DNA of 64,000 bases. It comes from Ylistrum balloti (lineage: Eukaryota). The notes under the pieces are model-generated. The model saw only the letters and a program-made list of their open reading frames with translations. It was not told where the DNA came from and ran no database searches. Where the stretch lies: NCBI RefSeq assembly GCF_031769215.1, contig NW_026782299.1, positions 2,418,001 to 2,482,000 of the forward strand. Reading direction: 5' to 3'. Below, piece by piece: positions 13,869-27,600 of this stretch; position 1 is the first letter of the stretch, and each line of letters opens with the position of its first letter. The position numbers and the translations under genes are program-made.

Positions 13869-15810
13869 AATAAAAATTAGATAATAAGAATTGATTCATC
13901 AGTTGACGCAATTGTCAATTTTTTGCTTTATCTCATTGAACTTTTTTAAAATCTAAAATTGTTAAATGCAAATGTTAACCATTTAATGAGGGTTTACTGC
14001 AAAGTGCTATCTTTTCGAGGGATCAGATTTTGGTGATTTTGTGTCTGGAGGGAATAAGCGATATTTCTTTGACTATCTCAACTCTCCCTTATTATACTAC
14101 ACTTCCGTTGTTTTCCACATTTGCCTAAAGCCCATTGGAAATATCAAAGTATGAGATCAATTTTTGCAGACCGCTATTTTAGAGACGATAAAACATATTG
14201 GAAATAATCCCACGTCATACATGCATTGCAAGGGTATATCAGCATATTAATGACTTATTATTGAAAAAAAACATTTTGTAAAACTGAAATTCATAGATTT
14301 TTGGCTTAACTCTACAATTAGTTATTGATTTTAGTACATTATGTCCAAACCTGCAATATATAATAATTATAAATGTTATGTTTGTAGAAGGAAGCACAAC
14401 GCCGATAGTAAATTATTTTTATTTTCACAGCTGATTTCTATCACTGAACGTCTAATCAACATTGATTTATTGTCAATGAAGGACAGCAACTTTTCACGTT
14501 CTTTAAAGAATGGGTATCATATTGCGTTACTAAATTGTCTGATATTTTGATCAAAAGTAAATAAAAAAAACAATTTAAACAAATATTCTGATATCTGAAA
14601 ATGAAAGCAAAATGACAATAATGTTGTTTTCATCATCGAAAATAACACATTTTCAGAGAAAATGGATGAATTTAGAAACTAGTCATAATTTGTATTTCAT
14701 TTCTGTTCCGCCATTACCACATACGATCAGTGCCTACACTATACATGTATATGTAATGTAGACGTACTGCAATTTGTCTCAATATCAACATTGAATCAAT
14801 GTGTAATATAAGCCATAATATCAGTTCCTGACATTTCTGCTTACAACAGTCATGAAATCAGTCATGCCCTGTGCTATTTATATTTGTCTGTCACTAAGCT
14901 TTAGAAACTCTTTTAAGAAAATATGTCCTCTGTTTCAGCACCAATAAATCAATGTTCTGTAAAAGTGTGTCCAATGTCTTATATGCTGTTTTGCTGACTA
15001 GCTGTGTGTGACACAGGTTTAATACATACTACATCGCTTATAATATTCGGACCCTACATAACAATTAGATACCTGTAATACAGATACGTATCGTACTCTC
15101 GGACGTAAAGCAAGGGTCTTTGTATTGTCTTTATTATCCATTTTATTTTTTCTCGAATTTAATGTCATCTTAATACCCTAAAGTCTTGAAATATCATGTA
15201 CAGATAACATATTAACAAAGGTAGCTTACTGCTTTCATGGGACATTGTGCTTAAATTGGCAAATTAGTTTTATTCAAGAACTCTTTCTAATGACTTTTTA
15301 AACTATTTGCAGCATTAAAATATCTTACTTAAGGTTAATACCTCCTGTTAATATGAAAGTTGAATGTCTAAATATAGCACATCGAGGAAATGGGATCTCT
15401 GTCACTGACGGGATCATAGTCTTCATGCCTAGTGTTTTGGTAGACTTATAATTTCTGCTGGGATCATAATTCCATACCTTTGTTTTGCTTATTTATTGTC
15501 AATATCACAATATACACAAACAATGTACACTGCCAGTCTAATATAAAAAGAAACTCTGTTGTGGCTCAATAACGGTCGCGTAAATGTTTGTAAATCTCCA
15601 TAAATTAAATATCTTATGTTTGTTTATCTGGTGAAATGCGGCGTACAATTTCTATAGCAACATACGCAAGAACTCCTTACTTTATCAGTAAATCACCATA
15701 ATCTTCATCATTAGATCACCTTACTATGCTTAAATCATAAGTTCCATGTAATATTTCCGAGCGTATTAATTTTATTGTAAAATAAACGTGTTTTAACATA
15801 AACATAAATA

Positions 15811-16380
15811 ATAGCCTAACTCTAGTGTAATTGTATGATGTGAGCCTAACTCTAGTGTAATTGTATGATGTGAACCTAACTCTAGTGTAATTGTATGATG
15901 TGAGCCTAACTCTAGTTTAATTGTATGATGTGAGCCTAACTCTTGTGTAATTGTATAATGTGAGCCTAACTCTAGTGTAATCGTATGATGTGAGCCTAAC
16001 TCTAGTGTAATTGTATGATGTGAGCCTAACTCTAGTGTAATTGTATGATGTGAGCCTAACTCTAGTGTAATTGTATGATGTGAGCCTAACTCTAGTGTAA
16101 TTGTATGATGTGAACCTAACTCTAGTGTAATTGTATGATGTGAGCCTAACTCTAGTGTAATTGTATGATGTGAGCCTAACTCTAGTGTAATTGTATGATG
16201 TGAGCCTAACTCTAGTGTAATTGTATGATGTGAGCCTTACTCTAGTGTAATTGTATGATGTGAGCCTAACTCTAGTGTAATTGTATGATGTGAGCCTAAC
16301 TCTAGTGTAATTGTATGATGTGAGCCTAACTCTAGTGTAATTGTATGATGTGAGCCTAACTCTAGTGTAATTTTATGATG
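15811..16380. repeat. Minisatellite, 30 bp unit TGAGCCTAACTCTAGTGTAATTGTATGATG x19, highly homogeneous
   Basis: Exact 30-bp phase across the 60-nt lines; only scattered single substitutions. Confidence 0.98.
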
Positions 16381-17549
16381 GGGGTACCTAATTCATGACA
16401 TGACTGATATATCTCTCCGTGACGAATATATACGTAATGACTGACAAACCAAGAGGCTGTTAACCACTAAGCCAGTGATAGGGGGTGGAATGTTTACATC
16501 CCTGTGATAGATGCCGGGTTCACCAGATACACAGACGGAAACACGTTATTACGTCACTTTAGGCCGTAGCCAAGCACTCCACCGATAGGCGTAGCAAACG
16601 TTACCAGCTGGGGGCCGAAATTGAGAGGGAATATTGACATGTTGTGTCAAAGACATTTCAACATATGCTACATATTTCTGAATACGATGTATTTCGTCAT
16701 ATGTACAAGAATAAAAATACCTGCATATAATACAAATCACGTAAGCTAAAACTGCATTTTCCCAAAAATCTATTGATGACAACTCACCAAACAATTCTCA
16801 ATATTTCACTTCAAGCGTTCTGTCAAAATAATTAATTTTAAAAAACAGTTATTACATTTTTCAGTGTCTCTATATTGAGAAGAAAAAATGTGTGTATTAA
16901 TTTTTTGACAATATACTCTGGTTATTATTTAACGTAGCAATGATAAATTACCAAAATAAAAATAAGTTTATTCGTTACTTACCTGGTCAGTACTGTTCAT
17001 TTAACCGCATCGGTACAATATACGTGTCCCATGGTAGAGTAATGAACACACAATCACGGAAACAGCGTCCGGATCCATTTCTATATGTTAGAATATTACG
17101 TAATAGTAACGTATTGTTCCGGAACTTGCGCCATGTTTTTCTAGATCTGAACATCTTTGCTTTTGATGTTAGAATAAAACCGGACAGACATGACACCTCG
17201 TTAAAGTATAAAAATCTTTAAAGCTTCTCTCAAAGTTCTGTTTTTCGTATATATGCTGAGCACGCCAGTACGTGATAAGTTTAGACTACACGATAGTGCG
17301 CGTGGTTCCCGAGTATGGAGGTGCGGTGTGGGGGTAAATTGGTAGCGATGAGGGCTCATTTGTACAATACATTACTGTCAACATCACTTTACAGTCGCTA
17401 TAGCAGGAACGGTACCGTAAATACTAAGCTGAACGTCCCAGCCGTGATGCATAGCATATCGCTCCCTTTCTGAGTATAATATTTTGTCCCTCTCCCCCCG
17501 CTCCATCACCACCCCCACCCCCACCCCAAACACCACCCCTACTCCATTA

Positions 17550-17758
17550 GTGCGGATAACAATCTGCCCTGTCATGTTTTAGAAGTTTCATCTTTGTGTC
17601 TTCTGATACTCCCTGAAGGTACCCTCCGGACATCGGGTTGTCCTCCTCATCTAGATTGTGCGGATAACAGTCTGTCCTGCCATGTTTCAGTGGTTTCGTC
17701 TTTATGTCGTCTGATACTCCCTGAAGGTACCCTCCGGACTATCGGGTTGTCACTCATC
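17550..17758. repeat. Two-copy tandem duplication, period ~108 bp
   Basis: GTGCGGATAACA at 17550 and 17658; CTGATACTCCCTGAAGGTACCCTCCGGAC is present in both copies. Confidence 0.9.
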
Positions 17759-17769
17759 AAACATATCAT

Positions 17770-18220
17770 ATTCCGGACTACAGGATATCATCTTGTATAC
17801 AAACCATATTACACACTACGGGTACGTACTACAGGAATCTGGACTACCTTGCTGTCCTTGTGAGACAAACACAAGTTGACACTAGTTGGATGTTAATAGA
17901 GGCAAAAAACTAGAATCTTAATTACCTTGATCTTATAGTAAACATACACTAAAATCCGGACTGCAGTAAATCCGGACTACAGTATATTATTGTAAACAAA
18001 AATCAGAATCCGGACTACCGAACTATCATTTTATACAAATACTAGAGTCCCAACAACCGGAACATTAATGTAGGCAAAAACAGAGCCTGGGCTACCTGGA
18101 TATTACAGAAAAAACAAAACCTTGACTACCTGGATATCATAGTCGACATATCCCAGAATTCTGTCTACCAGTATATCATTGTGAGCAAACACCAGAATCC
18201 GGACTACAAGGTATCATATA
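17770..18220. repeat. Old degenerate minisatellite (~35-40 bp, AGAATCCGGACTACCGGATATCATTGTAAACAAAAAC-like)
   Basis: CCGGACTAC / GGACTAC / GGATATCAT motifs recur roughly every 35-45 bp. Confidence 0.65.
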
Positions 18221-21200
18221 ACGCATCAATCATATCATACTAATATCAGGTATTATGTTAGATTACTTATTTTACTGTTGTGCCCTATTTGCAATATATT
18301 CAAACATGTTTCGGACTATTGGAATTTTAGCTTAATGCCAAAGCAAGTCTTTTTTTCACGAACGCTTGGTTTCAGATTCAGGCATCAATGAGTCGTGTAT
18401 TTGTGTAATAATGCCTAACAGCATTCTCATTGAGAGAGTGAATATTGATGTATGTACCGCATATTTGTAATGGAAACAGGTTTTAAAGAGGCCGGGGTGC
18501 TGTAGTGGATTTTTACGGTACCTTTCCACGTTTTTCGATCCATCTATAATGGAGCTGTGCAAAATGTGATGATTCGCCGGGAGAAAAAAAGGAAGCAGCT
18601 TATAATATCATAATCGCGATGTCACATCCTATCTCTCGTTTACTTCTTTAAACACACTAAACCACCAACTTAAATAGCTTCCTTATTTGGTCTCTAACAG
18701 AACGTGCTCAGGGACAAAAGATCATTCCTTTATGTCTCACTACCAAAGGTTATTTAAGTTGAAATAAGGTATTTTAAATTTAATATTTCTCGTAGGTATA
18801 AAGGTTAAGCCGGGGTCAAAACGCCATTTCGTGTTGTTGTTTTTCCCCGTGACCGTTAAAGACTTCAACTCAACGAGTCTGTGTTCGTCGAGTGTTCATC
18901 TCTCCAGATGAAAGATTCTCTTTCAATATATGTAAGCTCTTGTTTGATTTATTTTTAGAAATGTATGAAAATTGATGCTGAAAACGCTATACCACATAAG
19001 CTAGTGTTTGACTGGTTGGTAGATCATAGACGAAATGGTGTACATGTTTTGTCCAGAAAAATAATGAATTACATCATCGACCAGAAGCACGTTCTAAATT
19101 TTCCATAAAATGTCATTGTTATATAGAAACCTAAAACATACAAAATTAGCTGCATTGATTTAGCTCTATATAATATTGAAACCGGTTAAGCGGCCTCTTC
19201 GAAAACTCGAACAAAATGTTTTTTGACAAATCATTACCCAGATTTTCAGTTTGATTAATTTCTCTTCTGAATATCCTGACTTCTGCCTTGGTATCGGTAA
19301 GAGGACGGAATGACTGTCCGAGTCAGTCCACATGTCATGGTCATTAGATACAGGATATTCATTGTCGCGAACATGAAGCTGGTCTCCTGTACAAACTTCC
19401 GGCTCTGGTAAAAGAGCAGCAGAAATGAACTATTTATTGATCAGGAGATGCCTTCAGCATAACGATGCAAACAAAAAATGACAAAACTACACATTTCACT
19501 GCATTGATATAGAGGTTAAGATAAACACGATTAAATAACAGCTGTAAATTACATAACACGAAACATATGCTTTCCTAACCATCCTTCGTATATGTAAACA
19601 GTATCATATGACAGAATAAATAAGAACAATCTACTGGAGATAATGACCCTCATTGCACAGTCTTGCTGTCAATTTACCGTAATAAAATCTCATAACATGT
19701 ACACGTGTATTTGAAATTATCAGATATGTGAAAGTTTGGAACTTTAAAGAATTCTGTGATAAATATAAATGCTCCTCCTACACGGAGATTCATGAAAAAG
19801 TTCATCAAAAGGTGTTCCAAATCTTACCTGTATTGGTTATTGATCTTCGGTGTAAGCTTGTGATTTTACTTCAAATAACAATTCGTTCATTATATACTGC
19901 CAATGTTGTTATTTGTTAAGTGTTGAATTCGTTACAAATAAACGTAATCAAGACAGTGAAAAATAAATACTTTCAAAGTAAAAGTGAATATAACAAAAAA
20001 AAAAAAAAAACAACAACAACAACAACACCGCTTCCTAACTTTCGGGAAGAGACATCTGTTTTGCTTAAAAAATTAGATCTAACTGCAAAAATTTGAATAT
20101 TTGATGATAACATCTGCATTACTAGATATTAGCGTGAGATTTTGTGGTTTTATGTTTTGTAACACTCCAGTAACATAGATCTGATAAATTGGGAGGATTA
20201 CAGCGATCTAGCTTGATCATGATGATTATTATTATTATTAATTGCACATTAATAGTTAATACTTTAAAGTAAATTCGTATACCGATATTCAGATTAACTG
20301 CTCTTTAATAACAGCATTGACACTTGGTATTTGAAAAATTACATTTTATTTTTCTCCCGAAAGAGTGCTAAATAGGGAAACACCGCGGCATCATTTAAAA
20401 CATTTAAAAAAATTGCTGTCATTTTTTTTCTCTCTTTTGAGGGCTATCTCGTCGATATTCTGTTCTAGTCCTTATATAGAAAGCACGCACACGCTACCAT
20501 GCAAATGTTAACGAGAAGCAGCAGAGTTAAAGTAAATAGGACAGGGACAAGGACCGATTCATTTGTGATTTCTGTAAACAAGGAATAGATATGGAAAATG
20601 TACGGAAACCCTTAAAATGTACATGTACCTGGAGATTGTGACAAATTATAGGAGGTAAACATTTAGATGTGAGGTATAATTTCGGGAATATCCATTGAAT
20701 CTTTGAAGACCGTAGTACATGCTATCACCATTGCAGAGGTAATTGCATTGGAATCGTGATAGTTCACTTTGGTCTTGATGTTAAGTGGCCGCCGGAGATG
20801 GAAAGGCTGTGAATTCTGTCACTTGTCTAAATAACTACCGTCTATATAACAGGTGCTACAGATTGTATGATGTTCTTTTTAAATGAACAATAGGACAAAC
20901 AGCTTAATGTGACCAGATGGGTGACAAAGTATAGTTTTAAGGTTCTAATGGCACTTTGAATATAACATTTCATCTAACTTAAGGCCAACAATACGATATT
21001 GTTTCTTCTGAGTGACAAAAGTTATAACACATATTGACTAAAATAGTTCAAATGTGCGTTGAGAATGCTGAAAACAAACGATGAACGAAGAACCTTATTA
21101 AAAATAATTCCAAGACCACGTAATGAAGGCGAAACGTGAACAAAATAAACAAAACGTGACAATTCTGTTTTATAACTTTTTATAACAGAAATAACAGAGA

Positions 21201-22251
21201 CCAGTCATCCATAATGAACCGCACATATATTATGCCATTTTGAAAATAAACAAACTGGTACATCTAAGGGATCTATTGTTATTATAAAAATTGTCTTTTA
21301 GAACTTCATTTATTTTTATAGATTCTTTTCAAATTTCAGTTACATATTGTATTTTCTGTGGTGGATTGATCTCCTCTCACTATCACGTGTATCACGTGTT
21401 ACGTCTATGTAAAGCCTCGTAGCGTGTGAAGAATTAATATAATTCGCTTTCAAGACTAACAAATTTATTTAATGATTCGGTCGTATTTTTTCATAGTTTT
21501 TTATTTCATTTAATTGAGGGTCATTTTCTCACAGTGATCAGTCTATCTTTGAAATCGGTTCATGACTAACACTTTTCCTTCTGTTAATGGCTTCCTGTAT
21601 AAGGAACAAAACCAAGAGATGTTTTTTTTATGGAATTCTTGTCTTGGGATGTGTATAAAAAAACTATCAGTAGTGGATATAAAAACTGTATGTTGCTCTT
21701 TGGCATCAGGGGATGCTTCAGAATTTCAAATACCCACGCTCTGAATGCTTTAAACATGTGTCTCATTGCCTTTATGTAAATTTTGTTTTGTTTTCGTGAA
21801 GCAGTCTTTTTTAATGTTAAAGTTTATCACTTGAGTTGATCCAAATAAAGCCTTCGCGCACAAATAAACGATAATGATTGCCTGATTGATTAACCGATCG
21901 ATTAATGGATTGCTAAGGTAGTTCACTGACCGGATCGATCAGTTAATGAATTGCTCAGTTTTTATAGGACTAGTGCACCTATCCGTCTACATTTTAACTT
22001 TTCTCGATAACTTTGGATTTTCCTCAATCGCCTCCCAGGCTAACAATCTCTGACGAGACCTAGAAGGATGAAACAGCTGTATGATGCACTTTAATTCATT
22101 GTTTGACTCTTTATCTAACTCTAAGTTATCAAAAGGTGTTATTGTATATTTTGTGCAATTGAAAAAATGACACCTAGTGTTTAACATTTAAATTTGTAGG
22201 AAGATGTTAGACAACACTGCGTTGGAAAAAATACCAACATGTCAATATGAT

Positions 22252-22370
22252 TATAATCCAAACTCAAATTAAAAAATTAGGGCATAATAAGAAAGAAAAG
22301 AAGGTACAATAAGAAGAATAAGACAAGGAGTTTCGGAAGCGTAAACGTATTCCGCTTCATCGACGACACA
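22252..22370 (-). mobile_element. Dispersed repeat copy 2 (shorter, same family)
   Basis: ATAATCCAAA...GGGCATAATA...GAAGGT...GTTTCGGAAG.GTAA.CGT.TT...CTTCATCGAC matches 9072-9180. Confidence 0.55.
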
Positions 22371-24608
22371 TGCAATATAAAGATTTGTCATTCCACAAAA
22401 AATATGATATTGTAAACAGACTCTTGAATATTAAATCAACTGTGACTTGTAAACACCATAGATTTTTGGATGTTGTTAACTTGAATTGAAATCATCAAAC
22501 TTATTTAACAGCGTGATGGAAAACTGCCCATGTTGATCAGCATATCTCTAGATCTTTACAGACAAGACGTCATCAAAATATCTTAGAGTGAAATTAAACG
22601 ATTATGTTATCTGTTTTGATTGGATATTCGATCAATTCAGCCAAGTATTGAAAACAAAAATAAGTCAGCCAGGAAAAGGATACAGTTAGTTCCCATAGGT
22701 ATGACAACAGTCTGTTGGAAGTGTCTTACCGCCAAGCTGGACGAAAAGCCAGAAACTCATCCTCCGTGTATTCCTTTATTACGACTTATATTTTTCACGA
22801 AATGCAAATTTCACAAGCACCGTTCACCTTTATGAAAAGAAAGCACCGATGACAAGAGAAGGGATGCGTTGTTTCAGTTTAGAATGGTATGGTGGTGCAC
22901 GATGTGGAAAAGCAAAATGTCTTGTAGAATACATTTTTTTTTAAGAAGAAAGTGTTGAAGATTGGTCAAAGGCTCTTTCGAGTTCTTTGGAATCCACACA
23001 TTATCCAAATTCACTTCCTGAGTGAATAATATCCCAATACGACTGTAGCCTGGATTCGATAGTAATAAGAATGGTTGTTTTTAATAACTAGGTGAGTCAG
23101 CAATGGCACGCTGTTTAATCTAATATGAACGGGGAAGGTCCGTGTCATTATCACTAATATCTCAATTATTGTAGTATTGCAGCATGGTTGGGAAATATTT
23201 CTTCGTTGAAAAACAGATTAGTATAAAGATGAGACGCCTTATCTGCAAGCACAATAACAACCTTCCATGCAAATATTGAAGTGTCGGTTAATATTTGAAT
23301 CGAGGAACAAGCTGATATTTTTTTAAGAATAATCGACCGAATAAATTTAACCCGCTCTGAAGAAAGTAAAAGCAAAGCAATAGTTTTCGACAGAATCCAT
23401 AAACACCTTAAAATTCCTATTCTAACTGATATTCGGGTTTCACGATATTTAGGACCCTTCACGAAAAGCTCTCGTAGTTTAACATTTTGTATAATGCTTT
23501 AATCACCAGTTACTATGTGTCCAGTTGAGCAATATTTATAAATAAATGTAGAACAAACCCACGAAGGAGTAGTTCACTTGCATCAGCGTTTGTTTGGATA
23601 CCATTGTCTTGGAGAAACTGTAAGAAATTACAAAGGTGTTTATGGTTTGAAACAGTCATGGAATGTTAGCTTGAAGAGACTTCTGGTGTAAAAATTACTG
23701 ATATTTACAGCATCACCTCTCTTATTTACAAAGTCAAATTTAATGAATCGACGAGTTGCTTGGAAATCACGACTATCGTTACGGACAGGTTTACAAAGCC
23801 AAAGCCTGATTTGTGACACATCATCAATAATTGGGCAGACTATTCAACAAACAAGTGTTAGAGAAACGTCAAAACTTACTAGCGTTTATGTAGAAGCATT
23901 CGTGCAGACACTGACTAATATATTGCCTTCTGTTTTTGTTCCGAAATAGTCTAGCAAATAAGCTTTAAAGATTTTAAGATGCTCCCAGACAGAACCTTAG
24001 ACTTGACCAATCCCTTATACTGTAATCAAATAAACATTGACATGTTAGTTACTGTGGACTTTTGGCATACCACTGATCATACTACACGCAAACACACATT
24101 TGGTGTACAAAGTAAACAATGTAATACATGTCATGGAATACCAGACAGGAAACACACGACGTTATCACATCAGCTATTCAAGGATCACACGAGATTCATT
24201 GGGGGTCCAACAAGGATTTGCAACATTTCCGAGGAGTCGTGTGCAGTTACGTTAAAGTTATCATAGAAAATATATTGATATGGAAGAATTAATTTTCCCC
24301 ATCTATAACTACAAAAAAAGTGCCAGGCCCCAATTTCTCAATGGTAAGAGTCAATCAGTGGTTAGAGACGCAGGAATGTGGTTGCCACTGAAAACAAGAG
24401 CGTAAACGGCAAAATTGACACTCAAAATATGTGTGACCTGTCTCAACATGTCCATCGCAAGGAATGTTTCAAGTTTTGTTTGTTCTTTCTCTCCGAAATT
24501 TTACCAACAACTTGTTGTCTGTAACCAGTGTTTGAAAATGTGTGGCCTGATACTTTGCTACGAGTTCAATGATTTAGCATGTAAATGGTTCATTCTTTCA
24601 AACAGGGA

Positions 24609-27600
24609 TGTCCCTACCTAGCCTGTCCCTACCTAGCCAGTCCCCTACCTAGCCTGTCCCTACCTAGCCAGTCCACTACCTAGCCTGTCCCTACCTGGCC
24701 TGCCCCTACCTAGCCTGTCCCTACCTAGCCTTCCCCTACCTAGCCTGTCTATACCTAGCCTGTCCCTACCTAGCCTTTTCCTATCTAGCCTGTCCCTACC
24801 TAGCCAGTCCCCTACCTAGCCTGTCCTTACCTAGCCAGTCCACTACCTAGCCTGTCCCTACCTGGCCTGCCCCTACCTAGCCTGTCCCTACCTAGCCTTC
24901 CCCTACCTAGCCTGTCTATACCTAGCCTGTCCCTACCTAGCCTTTTCCTATCTAGCCTGTCCCTATCTAGCCTATCCCTGCGTAGCCTGTCCCTTACCTA
25001 GGCTGTCTCTACCTAGCCTGTCCCTCCGTAGCCTGTCCCTACCTAACCTGTCCCTACTTAGCCTGTCCCTACCTAGTATGTCCCTCCGTAGCCTGTCCCT
25101 ACCTAACCAGTCCCTACATAGCCTGTCCCTACCTGGCCTGTCCCTACCTAGCCAGTCCCCTACCTAGCCTGTCCCTACCTAGGCTGTACCTGCGTAGCCT
25201 GTCCCTACCTGGCATGTCCCTTCGTAGCCTGCCCTTGCCTAGCCTATCCCTGCGTAGCCTGTCTCTACCTAGCCTGTCCCTACCTAGCCTGTCCCTGCGT
25301 AGCCTGTCCCTGCGTAGCCTGTCCCTACCTAGCCTGTCCCTACCTGGCCTGTTCCTACCTGGCCTGTCCCTACCTAGCCTGTCCCTACCTGGCCTGTTCC
25401 TACCTGGCATGTCCCTGCGTAGCCTGCCCTTGCCTAGCCTGTCCCTACCTAGCCTTCCCCTACCTAGCCTGTCCCTACCTGGCCTGTCCCTACCTAGCCT
25501 GCCCCTACCTAGCCTGTCCCTACCTGGTCTGTCCCTACCTAGCCTGTCCCTACCTAGCCTGTCCCTACCTGGGCTGTCCCTACCTAGCCTGTCCCTACCT
25601 GGCCTGTCCCTACATAGCCAGTCCCCTACCTAGCCTGTCCCTACCTAGCCTGTCCCTACCTAGCCTGTCCCTACCTAGTCAGTCCCCTACCTAGCCTGTC
25701 CCTACCTGGTCTGTCCCTACCTAGCCTGTCCCTACCTAACCTGTCCCTACTTAGCCTGTCCCTACCTAGTATGTCCCTCCGTAGCCTGTCCTTACCTAAC
25801 CTGTCTCTACCTAGCCTGTCCCTACCTGGCCTGTCCCTACCTAGCCAGTCTCCTACCTAGCCTGTCCCTACCTAGCCAGTCCCCTACCTGGCCTGTCCCT
25901 GCGTAGCCAGTCCTTACCTAGCCGGGCTCTACCTAGCCTGTCCCTACCTGGCCTGTCCCTACCTAGCCAGTCCACTACCTAGCCTGTCCCTACCTGGCCT
26001 GTCCCTACCTAGTCAGTCCACTACCTAGCCTGTCCCTACCTGGCCTGTTCCTACCTGGCCTGTCCCTACCTAGCCTGTCCCTACCTAGCCTGTCCCTACC
26101 TAGCCTGTCCCTGCGTGGCCAATCCTTACCTAGCCTGAACCTACCTAGCCTGCCCCTACCTAGCCTGTCCCTGCGTAGCCTGTCCCTACCTAGCCTGTCC
26201 CTACCTAGCCTGCTGTAGCCTGTCCCTACCTAGCCTGTCCCTACCTAGCCTGTCCCTAGCCTGTCCCCTAGCCTGTCCCTACCTAGCCTGTCCCTACCTA
26301 GCCTGTCCCTACCTAGCCTGTCCCTACCTAGCCTGTCCCTACCTAGCCTGTCCCTACCGTAGCCTGTCCCTACCTAGCCTGTCCCTACCTAGCCTGTCCC
26401 TACCTAGCCTGTCCCTACCTAGCCTGTCCCTACCTAGGCAGTCCCCTACCTAGCCTGTCCCTACCTAGCCTGTCCCTACCTAGCCTGTCCCTACCTAGCC
26501 TGCCTATCCCTGCGTAGCCTGTCTCTACCTAGCCTGTCCCTACCTAGCCTGTCCCTACCTAGTCAGTCCCCTACCTAGCCTGTCCCTACCTGGCCTATTC
26601 CTACCTGGCCTGTCCCTACCTAGCCTGTCCCTACCTGGCCTGTCCCTACCTAGCCAGTCCCCTACCTAGCCTGTCCCTACCTGGACTGTCCCTACCTAGC
26701 CTGACCCTACATGGCCTGTACCTACCTAGCCTGTCCCTACCTAGCCTGTCCCTACCTAGACTGTCCCTACCTAGTCAGTTCCCTACCTAGCCTGTCCCTA
26801 CCTAGCCTGTCCCTACCTGGCCTGTCCCTACCTAGCCAGTCCCCTACCTAGCCTGTCCCTACCTAGGCTGTACCTGCGTAGCCTGTCCCTACCTAGCCTG
26901 ACCCTGCGTGGCCAATCCTTACCTAGCCTGCTCCTACCTAGCCTGCCCCTACCTAGCCTGTCCCTACCTGGTCTGTCCCTACCTAGCCTGTCCCTACCTG
27001 GTCTGTCCCTACCTAGCCTGCCCCTACCTAGCCTGTCCCTACCTGGTCTGTCCCTACCTAGCCTGTCCCTGCGTAGCCTGTCCCTACCTAGCCTGTCCCT
27101 ACCTGCCCCTACCTAGCCTGTCCCTACCTGGTCTGTCCCTACCTAGCCTGTCCCTACCTGGTCTGTCCCTACCTAGCCTGCCCTTACCTAGCCTGTCCCT
27201 ACCTGGTCTGTCCCTACCTAGCCTGTCCCTACCTAACCTGTCCCTACTTAGCCTGTCCCTACCTAGTATGTCCCTCCGTAGCCTGTCCTTACCTTGCCTA
27301 GCCTGTCCCTACCTAGCCTTCCCCTACCTAGCCTGTCTATACCTAGCCTGTCCCTACCTAGCCTTTTCCTACCTAGCCTGTCCCTACCTAGCCTGTCCCT
27401 ACCTGGTCTGTCCCTACCTAGCCTGCCCCTACCTAGCCTGTCCCTACCTGGTCTGTCCCTACCTAGCCTGTCCCTGCGTAGCCTGTCCCTACCTAGCCTG
27501 TCCCTACCTGGCCTGTTCCTACCTGGCATGTCCCTGCGTAGCCTGCCCTTACCTAGCCTATCCCTGCGTAGCCTGTCCCTACCTAGCCTGACCCTGCGTG

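Noticed and set aside
15811-16380. Regular 30-37 bp repeats superficially CRISPR-like (also the 6.9 kb and 32.5 kb arrays)
   Set aside because: Head-to-tail units with no unique spacers, no cas genes, eukaryotic context.
17545-17672. GTGCGGATAACAAT resembling the lac operator (vector contamination?)
   Set aside because: Imperfect match, embedded in a native 108-bp duplication, no other vector sequence.
22966-22990. AAAGGCTCTTTCGAG resembling a histone 3' stem-loop
   Set aside because: The 3' arm (AGAGCC) is missing and there is no histone ORF upstream.
23166-24621. Cluster of 68-98 aa ORFs on both strands suggesting a decayed gene
   Set aside because: No consistent strand or frame and no recognisable domain; stop spacing is compatible with non-coding AT-rich DNA.
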